From NCBI RefSeq assembly GCF_947166265.1, contig NZ_CAMVDO010000018.1:1093-65092 (forward strand): a stretch of 64,000 nt of DNA, in the 5' to 3' direction. Source of the DNA: an uncultured Fibrobacter sp. Its GTDB lineage: Bacteria > Fibrobacterota > Fibrobacteria > Fibrobacterales > Fibrobacteraceae. Position numbers and translations under genes: made by a program. The notes beneath the pieces were generated by a model. The model worked only from the letters and a program-made list of their open reading frames with translations. It searched no databases and was not told the DNA's origin. Shown piece by piece: positions 9,937 to 18,657 of the stretch; position 1 is the first letter of the stretch; every line of letters starts with the position of its first letter.

Positions 9937-12114
9937 CTATTCATCCTGAACACATCTAATTCCATAAGCGGCAAAATTTCTGCTTGTAGCAGTCGGGAAT
10001 TCGTACAGGAATCGGCTTGCGTTATAATTAAAATTCAAATACCCCGCTTTATATTTCGAGTCCGATGCATAAGCTAGGTACGCAACTCCATTTATATAGT
10101 AATCTTGCGATAGATACCCCGAAGGAAGAATCGAAAAACCATAGAAATTCAATCCATTTTCATCTGCTTTCCAACCATTTTCAGAACGTAACATAAGCCC
10201 ATTAGGACAAAATATAGCCTGCTGAGGGATTTCATCTTTTATATACGAAAAGAGCTGATTCCATTCAGTATAGTTCGGGATATGCCAACCGGAGGGACAT
10301 AAACGGACACTACTATCCATAATAGTCTCGTATGCATAAAGGCGACCATACTTTGCACAGCTATCAGGTTCATTTTGAAGACAAAAACTCAATGAATCTT
10401 TTTCTTCATTTGATTCTAGATAAGCGTAATCTAAATTTTCGGCCATCCAATTTTGGTCACCGATTTTGGTCGTATTATACTTCTTTCCGTCCCTAGCATC
10501 AATCAATGTTCCATATTCATAATCAGAATGCAAATTTTTTATACAGCGAACAGGAATCTGCGTTGCATAGTCAACAAATCCCTCATACTCAGAATCGGCA
10601 TCTTCTAACTCAAATATATACTGTGCATCTCTGCTGCCTAAAATATCCCTAGCCCAGAACCAACCCGAAGTTCCGTTTCCATTTAACTCGCCACTACGAA
10701 ATGTTCCTGAAATATATCCAGAAGGAGTTCCCGAAAATCCAAAGACATCCCTACCCGGTTCAATATCAGGATGGTAATTCCATCCGTCTGTTGATTTTAG
10801 CGCAGATGCAATCGAGATATTTTCCCTATTGCGATCCACATAGGCTACCAGCGAATCCCATTCGCTCATATAGGGCAGATGCCATCCCTGGGGGCACACA
10901 GCACGGGCTTGATTCGCTGTATAATATTTTCCTCCGTACGAAGTACTGGATGCATTCAAAGTGTCGTAATCAAGATTTTCAGCCATCCATTCACGAGGTC
11001 CAATCTTAACGGTTTTATATTCTTTTCCGTCTCGTTCATCCTTCAAAGTTCCATACGAACCTTCATACCCCTTTATAACAATTGTATCGGCGGGATTCTT
11101 TTCAGAAACATCCTTAATACAACGGACTGAATAACTCTCATCAACGAACCACGATTGAATGCCACTCCACATATCAACATCTGACAAGCGGTATGTATCA
11201 CACTGTTGAACCCAATGATCTCGTTTCGGATGGAGAGATGATGTCCAAAGCCGAGTTTCATCACCATTATCTTTGTATGCAGACTCTTTATAAAAACCTG
11301 CAGGTAATGCCGAAAAGCCAAACCGGTCTAATTGAGATTCTTCCCATTCGTATTGAGATTTCAGACCATTATGTCCCCCCGCGTTTTCGCTTAAAATTTC
11401 GTATTCACCCGACGAAGGTAAATGCCAACCGGCAGGACATGCTCCTTTTGCATTTTCATAAATATATAGGGCACCATATTTTTCGCAATTCGTTTCCAAC
11501 TTATCATAGCAGTGAGATTTCACAACCGAATCGCTAAAATTCATATTTTGCGCCATCCAGGTCTGAGTTCGTTCCCCGACACCAATGACAATTGTTTTGT
11601 AGACTTTTCCATCCCTTTCATCCAAAAATTCGCCATATTTGCCAGATTTTAACAAATCCTGATTAAGGAATTCCGTTGTGACACATTTGTATTTTGAACA
11701 GTCGTAAGTCCCCGAAGAAACGATTTTTACATCAACGGTATCGTGATTTGAGGCTGCCCCGCCGGTAGCGCTACTCGACAAACCTTCCTTGTCGGCAGTC
11801 TTGGAGTCGCTGGACCCGTCGGGATTCTTGCTGCTTGACGACTTTGTAGAACTCGGCTTTGTCTGGTCGTAGGACTTGAACCACTTTTCGCCGTCGCATT
11901 CGTAGTTCTCTTCGAGTTCGGTCACATAGACCTTCTCGCCGATGACATCCATGCTGCACTCGTATGTTTCGAGTTCCGCCTTGTCAGCCACTTCGGCGGG
12001 GAGTCCCTTTGCGCTCGGCGAAGACGACCCGTCGTCCCCGCAACCGATAAACGCAGAACCGAGCATCCCCGCAAGGGCGCAGACAGTAAACTTTTTAGAG
12101 AATGGATTTTTCAT
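9937..12114 (-). CDS. FISUMP (Fib_succ_major) lipoprotein, three FISUMP domains
   Basis: Start moved to MKNPF; lipobox AFIGC; three DxRDGxxYxTxxIG..WMAxN(L/M)...CPxGWH(L/I)P...(S/G)(V/I)RC units. Confidence 0.9.
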   Translation of the reverse strand: MKNPFSKKFTVCALAGMLGSAFIGCGDDGSSSPSAKGLPAEVADKAELETYECSMDVIGEKVYVTELEENYECDGEKWFKSYDQTKPSSTKSSSSKNPDGSSDSKTADKEGLSSSATGGAASNHDTVDVKIVSSGTYDCSKYKCVTTEFLNQDLLKSGKYGEFLDERDGKVYKTIVIGVGERTQTWMAQNMNFSDSVVKSHCYDKLETNCEKYGALYIYENAKGACPAGWHLPSSGEYEILSENAGGHNGLKSQYEWEESQLDRFGFSALPAGFYKESAYKDNGDETRLWTSSLHPKRDHWVQQCDTYRLSDVDMWSGIQSWFVDESYSVRCIKDVSEKNPADTIVIKGYEGSYGTLKDERDGKEYKTVKIGPREWMAENLDYDTLNASSTSYGGKYYTANQARAVCPQGWHLPYMSEWDSLVAYVDRNRENISIASALKSTDGWNYHPDIEPGRDVFGFSGTPSGYISGTFRSGELNGNGTSGWFWARDILGSRDAQYIFELEDADSEYEGFVDYATQIPVRCIKNLHSDYEYGTLIDARDGKKYNTTKIGDQNWMAENLDYAYLESNEEKDSLSFCLQNEPDSCAKYGRLYAYETIMDSSVRLCPSGWHIPNYTEWNQLFSYIKDEIPQQAIFCPNGLMLRSENGWKADENGLNFYGFSILPSGYLSQDYYINGVAYLAYASDSKYKAGYLNFNYNASRFLYEFPTATSRNFAAYGIRCVQDE

Positions 12115-12230
12115 AGCGAAACCCGTTGTTATCTTTTCCGCCCTAAAAATAACAAAGCACCCCCGTGCATCGCAAGCCTTCAGCGCACGGAAAAACAACT
12201 TTTTTCAAGATTTTCTATCAGAAATTTTCT

Positions 12231-12253
12231 ATATGACTCAACCTGAGACATAT
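12231..12253. promoter_or_regulatory. 23-bp palindrome, copy 1 (ATATGACTCA-ACC-TGAGACATAT)
   Basis: Inverted repeat 117 bp upstream of the ATG at 12114; 5 copies in the window. Confidence 0.75.
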
Positions 12254-12292
12254 AGGAGATTTTTGATAGGATGTCAACGTCGTCAACTATCC

Positions 12293-13717
12293 CTATGGCC
12301 GGTCAACGAACAGTTCGTCTAGGCAGACCGTAACGGGAATGGCCGAAGCGTATGAATTGTCCTTTAGCCCAAAGGTCGTTATAAGCGTCGGCATCACGGT
12401 TCGTCGTTTGGCAACCAGTTCCTTGAACATCCCGACCCTGTTCCTAACCTTCAAATCTTCCCCCTTTTGTAAGGAGTATTCGTGGTCGCAGTATTTGATT
12501 TCGCAAACATTGAACACCCTGTCGGCGCGTTCGATAATCAAATCGACCTGCACCCCGCTCCCATCTTCCTGATGCCGCCAGCAATAATATTCCGTCGCGA
12601 TTTTATCTATTCCAAGAGCAACCTTGACCTGTTCAATGTGTGAATAGCAAACCCGCTCAAAGGCAAGCCCCATCCAGTTATTTACGGGAGGCGTATTCAG
12701 GTGGTGGCTCCAGAAATGGGGGTCGGTCGTCCGGCCGACGAACTGGTTTTGAAACATCACGAAAAAATCCACCAGTTGGTAGATGCCGCCGTTTTTCTTT
12801 ATCTTGTCCCCCCGTGTCCGGTAATAACGCACGAAATCGCATTGAACCAGGTCGTCAAGAATTTTGCTCAAGTGCCCGTTATTCTGAACGCCCAACTCAT
12901 TTGCAATCTCTTCGCGGGTCAGTCCCGATTTCTTTTTGCAAAGGGCGTTTATAATGGAAACATGCCCTTCGGGATTTCTAAAGAGAGAACTGAAAAGGCG
13001 CTTGAATTCGTTCCGCAATTTAGCATCTGGCGAAAAAAACAGCCTATCAATGCCCTGCGCACAACTTTCGCGGGCTTGCAGTAAATCCAGATAGTAAGGG
13101 ATGCCGCCCAACGCCATGTAGATTTGCAAAATGGAAAGCCTGTCCCACAGGATTCCCTTGGCTTTGAGATATTTTTCCGTCTCGGACAAGGTGAACGGAC
13201 GGATGTGGAATTCATGCGTAATGCGATTGTGCAAGCCCCCATGCGAGTCGATAAGGTTCCTTATCATCCATGTCGTGGCGCTGCCGCAGACAATCAGCAA
13301 GACTTCGGGATGGACGGAACACCAGTTGTTCCAAAAATGCCCCAACGCTTTTATGAAGCCAGATTTGTGCGTGTCAAAACAAGGGAGTTCATCGATAAAG
13401 ATAATGCTGCGCTTTCCCTTTTTGAGTTTAAAATTCAAAAGTTCCTGAAGCCTAGAAAACGCATCAAGCCACGTGGATGGCATAGACCCCTGATAGCCGA
13501 TCTCGCGCAAGGCGAGCACAAAAGCGGCCATCTGCTCGTGCAAAGAACCTTCCAGAATTCCTGTCACCTTGAAAGAAAATTCATTGCCGTATTTTTGGTC
13601 TATCAGATACGTCTTGCCGACCCTACGTCGGCCGTACAGGGCGATGAACTCCGGCTTGCCAGACCCGTAGATATCGTTCAGTTCCTTGATTTCCTTGTTT
13701 CTACCAATGATATCCAT
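12293..13717 (-). CDS. AAA/P-loop ATPase with wHTH and C-terminal PD-(D/E)xK-like domain (archaeal-ATPase/DUF234-like)
   Basis: IIGRNKE, Walker A YGRRRVGKT, Walker B IFIDELP, C-terminal QVDLIIER...CEIKY; start may be 13717 or 13732. Confidence 0.85.
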   Translation of the reverse strand: MDIIGRNKEIKELNDIYGSGKPEFIALYGRRRVGKTYLIDQKYGNEFSFKVTGILEGSLHEQMAAFVLALREIGYQGSMPSTWLDAFSRLQELLNFKLKKGKRSIIFIDELPCFDTHKSGFIKALGHFWNNWCSVHPEVLLIVCGSATTWMIRNLIDSHGGLHNRITHEFHIRPFTLSETEKYLKAKGILWDRLSILQIYMALGGIPYYLDLLQARESCAQGIDRLFFSPDAKLRNEFKRLFSSLFRNPEGHVSIINALCKKKSGLTREEIANELGVQNNGHLSKILDDLVQCDFVRYYRTRGDKIKKNGGIYQLVDFFVMFQNQFVGRTTDPHFWSHHLNTPPVNNWMGLAFERVCYSHIEQVKVALGIDKIATEYYCWRHQEDGSGVQVDLIIERADRVFNVCEIKYCDHEYSLQKGEDLKVRNRVGMFKELVAKRRTVMPTLITTFGLKDNSYASAIPVTVCLDELFVDRP

Positions 13718-13739
13718 ACCGTTAAAATACATTATTACC

Positions 13740-13826
13740 GGGCTAAAGTCAACACAAAATCCAACTTTCAGCCCACAAATAGCACATTATCGGGCTAAAG
13801 TTCACAAAAACCAACAAGTTTAGCCC
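13740..13826. promoter_or_regulatory. Two tandem 35-bp imperfect palindromes (GGGCTAAAG...TTYAGCCC), 52-bp period
   Basis: 13740-13774 and 13792-13826, directly upstream of the ATPase. Confidence 0.6.
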
Positions 13827-13832
13827 ACTATT

Positions 13833-14034
13833 GGGCGTTCCCCGGCCCGGTCCCTGAGCCTGCCGAAGGGGGGCCGGGTCGGGTGCTGCTCGCCGAGCCC
13901 GCTCGGCTCATCGAGCCTTGCCGCTCTACAGGGCCCACGGCAAGTCTCGCCACCGCACGGCGGTGCGACGCCCTCCCCTAAAGGGGACCATAGCCACTAA
14001 GCAGTAAAACTGCAAGTGGCTGGAGGCCTAACGC
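13833..14034. repeat. Composite palindromic element, copy A (GGGCGTTCCCC...GGGTCGGG...CCTAACGC)
   Basis: Same ends as the elements at 53212-53347 and 58515-58662; contains a nested CCCTGAGCCTGCCGAAGGG hairpin. Confidence 0.65.
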
Positions 14035-14042
14035 GATTCTAG

Positions 14043-14077
14043 TGTGAAATGTGAAGTGTGGGGTGTGGAATGTGAAA
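14043..14077. repeat. Heptamer repeat TGTGRRR x5
   Basis: tgtgaaa tgtgaag tgtgggg tgtggaa tgtgaaa; 3 related units at 22317-22337. Confidence 0.8.
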
Positions 14078-14096
14078 TTGAAAATCCGCCGGCGGG

Positions 14097-15749
14097 TTAA
14101 TCGGAGTCCTTGATGCAGCGGACGGAGTAGGCGGCACTCGTGTTAAGCCTTTCCATGCCCATTCCATCGGATCCATAATACAAATACTCAGGATGGGTAA
14201 AACTCAAACCGTCAGTTGAACCCGCGGTAGTATGGAAATAAGCAAAATGTCCGGCAGCGGTGAAATTGCCGGAGCTGGTCCTGTAACCAGCAGGAATCCC
14301 TGAAAAACCGAAGGTGTCGGTGCCGATATATTCATTACTATAATATTCCCATCCTATCTGCGACTTGAGAGCCTTGCCTGCCGTTTTTTCGCCCGCTGCA
14401 ATATACAAGATATAGAATTCATCATCATCACCTGCATATCTAGGCAAGTGCCAGCCTGAAGGACAAATGCCCCGCACTTTTTTAGTAGGCACGCCATCAC
14501 CACAATTCACACCATTGCCATTATCACAGAGTGCAACGTAATCTATTGCCGCCGCCCAGGTGTAAAGGCGACCCGCCACGTCGCAGTTCTCGGTTTTATT
14601 GTCGTAGCACCAACTGCGTTCCAACAGACTCGGTGTCTTGACGCTGTCAGCGTAGTTCAGGTTCTCCGCCATCCATATCTGGTCACCTATCTGCACCGTC
14701 CTGTAAACCTTGCCGTCGCGTTCATCGGTCATGGAGCCGTAAGTAATATCCGGATTAAAGTAGGCTTCCTTTGGCACATCCCAGTTCCAACTCATTAGAG
14801 AGACCCAACCATTTGCCGTGCAATAATACTTGTTAGTTTCGGTCACAACGCCATTTGTTCTCGTCCCCACTTCTGCGTTGGTGCACGTTTTGCCATAAGT
14901 ATCCATGTCAATTTCCTTGGCCTTTTCCCACGAACCATTTTTACAGACAACATAGGACGAAGAATCCTTCTTTCCGATAAATCCTTCCCTACTCGCATTG
15001 CATTCTGGCAACGCCTTTACCGTATCTTTTACGCAACTCTTTACTTTGTTGTCGTTCCCGCCGCCGTTCTTGCAGGTGGACTTTGCAGCGTTGAAGGCGT
15101 ATTCCTGACTGATTTCATTGGTCATGTCGCTATAGACTTTCAGCGTGTCGATGTCTTCGACCCCCTTGTAATCGATCGTCTTGACCATAAGCTGCGTGCC
15201 TTCCACGAAATAGATGTATTCCATGTCCCTGTCAAAGCCATCCTTGCGCACAAAGTGCCATGTGCTGATGTCGGTCTTGACCATGGCGTCACAGACTCCC
15301 ACCTCGGTGCAGGTCTCGTTCACGGTGATTTCGGGTTCAAGGATTTCGGTCGGCCGCGAACTGCTGGACTTGGCGGAACTGCTCGACGTAGCCTCGCCCT
15401 TGTCGTCGTCCGAAGAACCTTCCTTGTCGGCAGCCTTGGAGTCGCTGGAGTCGTCGGACTTCTTGCTGCTCGATGACTCTGTCGAACTCGGCTTTGTCTG
15501 GTCGTAGGACTTGAACCACTTTTCGCCGTCGCATTCGTAGTTCTCTTCGAGTTCGGTCACATAGACCTTCTCGCCGATGACATCCATGCTGCACTCGTAT
15601 GTTTCGAGTTCCGCCTTGTCAGCCACTTCGGCGGGGAGTCCCTTTGCGCTCGGCGAAGACGACCCGTCGTCCCCGCAACCGATAAACGCAGAACCGAGCA
15701 TCCCCGCAAGGGCGCAGACAGTAAACTTTTTAGAGAATGGATTTTTCAT
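14097..15749 (-). CDS. FISUMP lipoprotein
   Basis: First 88 codons identical to the gene at 9937-12114; single C-terminal FISUMP domain ending SVRCIKDSD. Confidence 0.9.
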   Translation of the reverse strand: MKNPFSKKFTVCALAGMLGSAFIGCGDDGSSSPSAKGLPAEVADKAELETYECSMDVIGEKVYVTELEENYECDGEKWFKSYDQTKPSSTESSSSKKSDDSSDSKAADKEGSSDDDKGEATSSSSAKSSSSRPTEILEPEITVNETCTEVGVCDAMVKTDISTWHFVRKDGFDRDMEYIYFVEGTQLMVKTIDYKGVEDIDTLKVYSDMTNEISQEYAFNAAKSTCKNGGGNDNKVKSCVKDTVKALPECNASREGFIGKKDSSSYVVCKNGSWEKAKEIDMDTYGKTCTNAEVGTRTNGVVTETNKYYCTANGWVSLMSWNWDVPKEAYFNPDITYGSMTDERDGKVYRTVQIGDQIWMAENLNYADSVKTPSLLERSWCYDNKTENCDVAGRLYTWAAAIDYVALCDNGNGVNCGDGVPTKKVRGICPSGWHLPRYAGDDDEFYILYIAAGEKTAGKALKSQIGWEYYSNEYIGTDTFGFSGIPAGYRTSSGNFTAAGHFAYFHTTAGSTDGLSFTHPEYLYYGSDGMGMERLNTSAAYSVRCIKDSD

Positions 15750-15866
15750 AGCGAAACCCGTTGTTATCTTTTCCGCCCTAAAAATAATAAAGCACCCCCA
15801 TGCATTGCAAGCCTTCAATGCGCAGAAAAACGAACTTTTTATGCCGCGTCGGGCCGAAAAATTTCT

Positions 15867-15889
15867 ATATGTCTCACGCCGCGACATAT
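15867..15889. promoter_or_regulatory. 23-bp palindrome, copy 2 (ATATGTCTCA-CGC-CGCGACATAT)
   Basis: 118 bp upstream of the ATG at 15749, between divergent FISUMP genes. Confidence 0.7.
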
Positions 15890-16007
15890 GGAGAATTTTC
15901 TTGGAGCATGTACGGATTTCTTTAAATACAACGCGCGAATCCGCATAAATAAAAGTATATTTAGAAAATAAATCTTATCGAGGCATTTTAAGAGCCAAGG
16001 AAAAACT

Positions 16008-17600
16008 ATGAGCGCTTTTTTCAGTATTTTGGCTATTCTGTCTGCGGCATTGCTCGCTGCCTGCGGTGGCGACGGCTCAACATCCCCTCAGCCAAGCGAA
16101 ACCGAGACCATCGAGCGTGATTCGAGTTCTTCGCAAAAACATGTTGGTTCATCTTCCAGTAATTTTGAGAATTCTGAAGCGGAAACGGGAAAACGGATTT
16201 CCAGTTCGTCCTACAGAAACGGAACGGCGCAGGAATCATCGAGTTCACGGCTTGTCGATCCCGACGGGCTACTGAATCCGAACATCTCGTACGGAGTGCT
16301 AGTGGATTCCCGTGACAATCAAACCTATAGAACCGTGAAGATTGGTCGCCTAACCTGGATGGCCCAGAACCTGAATTACGTATCTGAGCGCAGCATTCCG
16401 AGTGATTATGGAATAGGGCGACTTTACCAGTGGCCAGAGGCTCTTGGCCTGGACTCGACCCACATATCGGAAAGCTTTGAGTTTGACGCGCTAAAACTGA
16501 TTGCGCACGAAAACCATCGGGGAATTTGTCCCGAAGGATGGCACATCCCGACCGTTATCGAATATGTGCTTCTCGTAAAAGCCGTAGAAGCCGAAGTCGG
16601 CAAGGAACATGTCGGATCGGCGCTCAAGTCAAGTGCCGTGGGTGCATGGCCCGAAGAACCCGACGAAGACAAGCCGACAAACGTCTCGGGCTTTTCGGCG
16701 GCATACGCAGGGTGGGCAAACGAGAATGACAGGTACGTGAAATATGGAGAAGACACGTGGCTGGGCGGCCCGACGACAGAAACGATATTTTGGGCAACCG
16801 TTCCCAATGGCGGTTCTGGCGGATATGGTTTTCATCTTGACAAGACCGGAATGGTCTCTGATCAGATGAGCTCGTATTATAGAAGCGGAAAGGCTTCAGT
16901 CCGTTGCGTACAGGACCGCGACTTTGACGAAGGAAAAAGTGCGGGGCCGCAGCAAGGGAGCGTGTATGACAGTCTGGAGAACACGTTGACGGACCTGCGC
17001 GACAATCGTGTTTACAGGACGACGGTAATCGGTTCGCAGGTATGGATGGCGGAGAACCTGAAGTATGTGACAACGGGCGGTTATGCAGATGACATGGAGC
17101 AGAGCCGTTGCTTTAATGACGATCCACAGTACTGCGAGGACTTTGGAAGGCTTTACCGATGGACGGCAGCCATGGACATTCCCTCCTCTTACGCGGAAAA
17201 GGTTTTCGATGATACGCTGATGCACCAGGGACTTTGCCCGCAAGGGTGGCACGTTCCTAGCAATACCGATTTCGACACGCTGATTGTGAACGCGGGGGGA
17301 TTTAAGACGGCTGCGCTGAATCTCAAGTCGGCGGACTATTGGTTTGAAGGTGGGAAGCCAAGGCCGGGCACCTTGAAATATTCATTTGACGCCCTTCCCA
17401 TCATGACGTATTATGAACGGCAACCATACGCAAGCAAGATAGGGCCTTTGAGCGCCTTTTGGTCTTCCTGGAACGACAACTTGAATGGAGGCAGCCTGGG
17501 CTTTGTCTATGACAAAGACGGCATTGCGGATTTTCGCAGTACCGAAAAATACTGGTTTATTCCGCTCCGTTGCCTGAGGGACGAACGGGTTCCCGAGTAG
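16008..17600 (+). CDS. FISUMP lipoprotein, two FISUMP domains
   Basis: Lipobox LLAAC; Ser-rich linker; two D.RD...Y.T..IG..WMA.NL.Y...CP.GWH.P...RC units. Confidence 0.9.
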   Translation: MSAFFSILAILSAALLAACGGDGSTSPQPSETETIERDSSSSQKHVGSSSSNFENSEAETGKRISSSSYRNGTAQESSSSRLVDPDGLLNPNISYGVLVDSRDNQTYRTVKIGRLTWMAQNLNYVSERSIPSDYGIGRLYQWPEALGLDSTHISESFEFDALKLIAHENHRGICPEGWHIPTVIEYVLLVKAVEAEVGKEHVGSALKSSAVGAWPEEPDEDKPTNVSGFSAAYAGWANENDRYVKYGEDTWLGGPTTETIFWATVPNGGSGGYGFHLDKTGMVSDQMSSYYRSGKASVRCVQDRDFDEGKSAGPQQGSVYDSLENTLTDLRDNRVYRTTVIGSQVWMAENLKYVTTGGYADDMEQSRCFNDDPQYCEDFGRLYRWTAAMDIPSSYAEKVFDDTLMHQGLCPQGWHVPSNTDFDTLIVNAGGFKTAALNLKSADYWFEGGKPRPGTLKYSFDALPIMTYYERQPYASKIGPLSAFWSSWNDNLNGGSLGFVYDKDGIADFRSTEKYWFIPLRCLRDERVPE

Positions 17601-17655
17601 GGGCGAACCGCAACCGTGCCGAAACGCCATGTGCGAAACGCATGGTTAGGCGACA

Positions 17656-17680
17656 ATAAAACCCCGCGCAATGCGCGGGG
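17656..17680 (-). terminator. Rho-independent terminator
   Basis: CCCCGCGC-aat-GCGCGGGG with T run on the minus strand, between convergent genes. Confidence 0.8.
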
Positions 17681-17712
17681 CTGTCTTCATATATAAGGAG
17701 TATTGGTTCCGA

Positions 17713-18339
17713 TTACTTCTTCTGGAGCGGGGTATCCTTCAGGATTTCTTCGACCAGGTTCTTCATGTTTTCTTCCCAGTCGCCCTTGCCCATGGCAAAT
17801 CCGAGGTGGACGCGGGCCTTGAGGGTACCGCTTGCGACGACAGTCTTGCTGTCGGCATTGGCAATGGAGTATTCACCGGTGAACTGGAGGTAGCTCTTGG
17901 TTTCGGCGCTCATGGTGAGCGGGTTCATCTTGGTTTCGGAGAGGCGGGAAACTTCGAGGTTGCTCATGGAGATGATGAGGCCGGAAACACCTTCGTCGAA
18001 CTTCGGAGAAGGAACGAGGTAGTCCTTCTTGCCGAACTTGGCCGGGGTCATGGTGTAGTCGGTCACTTCCTTGGCGGTGAAGTTGGCGGCGATGTCAGCC
18101 TGGCTCTTCAGTTCGCTGCCCATCTGCTGAGTGAACCAACCGGAGAAGTTGCTGGAGTAGTCCGGGAGGTCGTCGGCGACGTCGTCCTGGTTCTTCACGA
18201 CAGGTTCGGTGTAGAAGACGGTTACTGCAGTTGCTGGTTCAGTCCAAGTCGGGTCGATATTCTTGAGACCGGCCTTGCCACCGCAACCGATGAGGGTAAG
18301 GGATGCTGCGCAGAGGAGAAACGCGGCGAGTTTTTTCAT
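17713..18339 (-). CDS. Hypothetical lipoprotein
   Basis: 208 aa, lipobox TLIGC, strong host codon bias, AGGAGG RBS. Confidence 0.8.
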   Translation of the reverse strand: MKKLAAFLLCAASLTLIGCGGKAGLKNIDPTWTEPATAVTVFYTEPVVKNQDDVADDLPDYSSNFSGWFTQQMGSELKSQADIAANFTAKEVTDYTMTPAKFGKKDYLVPSPKFDEGVSGLIISMSNLEVSRLSETKMNPLTMSAETKSYLQFTGEYSIANADSKTVVASGTLKARVHLGFAMGKGDWEENMKNLVEEILKDTPLQKK

Positions 18340-18479
18340 GATGTTGTCCTCCTAAAGGAGAGGTTCTAGAAAACGACATTGTTTTCTTGGCGAAACAAGA
18401 TAGGAAAAATTTGTTCGAAAAAGAGATTTTTTTCCTGAAAAAAAATTTTTTTTCGACCCATTCAGCCGTAGAATTTTCT

Positions 18480-18502
18480 ATATGTCACACGTTGCGACAT
18501 AT
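18480..18502. promoter_or_regulatory. 23-bp palindrome, copy 3 (ATATGTCACA-CGT-TGCGACATAT)
   Basis: Between the divergent lipoprotein and RhuM genes. Confidence 0.7.
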
Positions 18503-18657
18503 GGAGAAAAAAACGTGTTTAAAAGCTTCACCCAGTCCAAAGTTCCTGCTTTCGCTGACTTACCAAAATCGATATCTGTTCTGGGATGTAGTTTGATTGA
18601 CAACAATCCCCTTTTTACATATATTTATAGTGAACAAATGTGTAATTAAGGTGGTTT

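Noticed and set aside
12114-12198. Upstream-extended starts in the ORF track for FISUMP genes (12198, 15887, 22316, 57363) and the PIN gene (59233)
   Set aside because: The extensions run through promoter DNA or the upstream gene. Downstream ATGs give proper signal peptides or family N-termini.
14025-14103. Integron attC-like signature (GTTAGGC downstream of a FISUMP stop, array of tandem same-strand genes)
   Set aside because: The putative R'' (GATTAAC) does not fit RYYYAAC or pair with GTTAGGC. The intervening DNA is a heptamer repeat, not a hairpin. Other array junctions lack the motif and no intI is present. The GTTAGG belongs to the end of the composite repeat.
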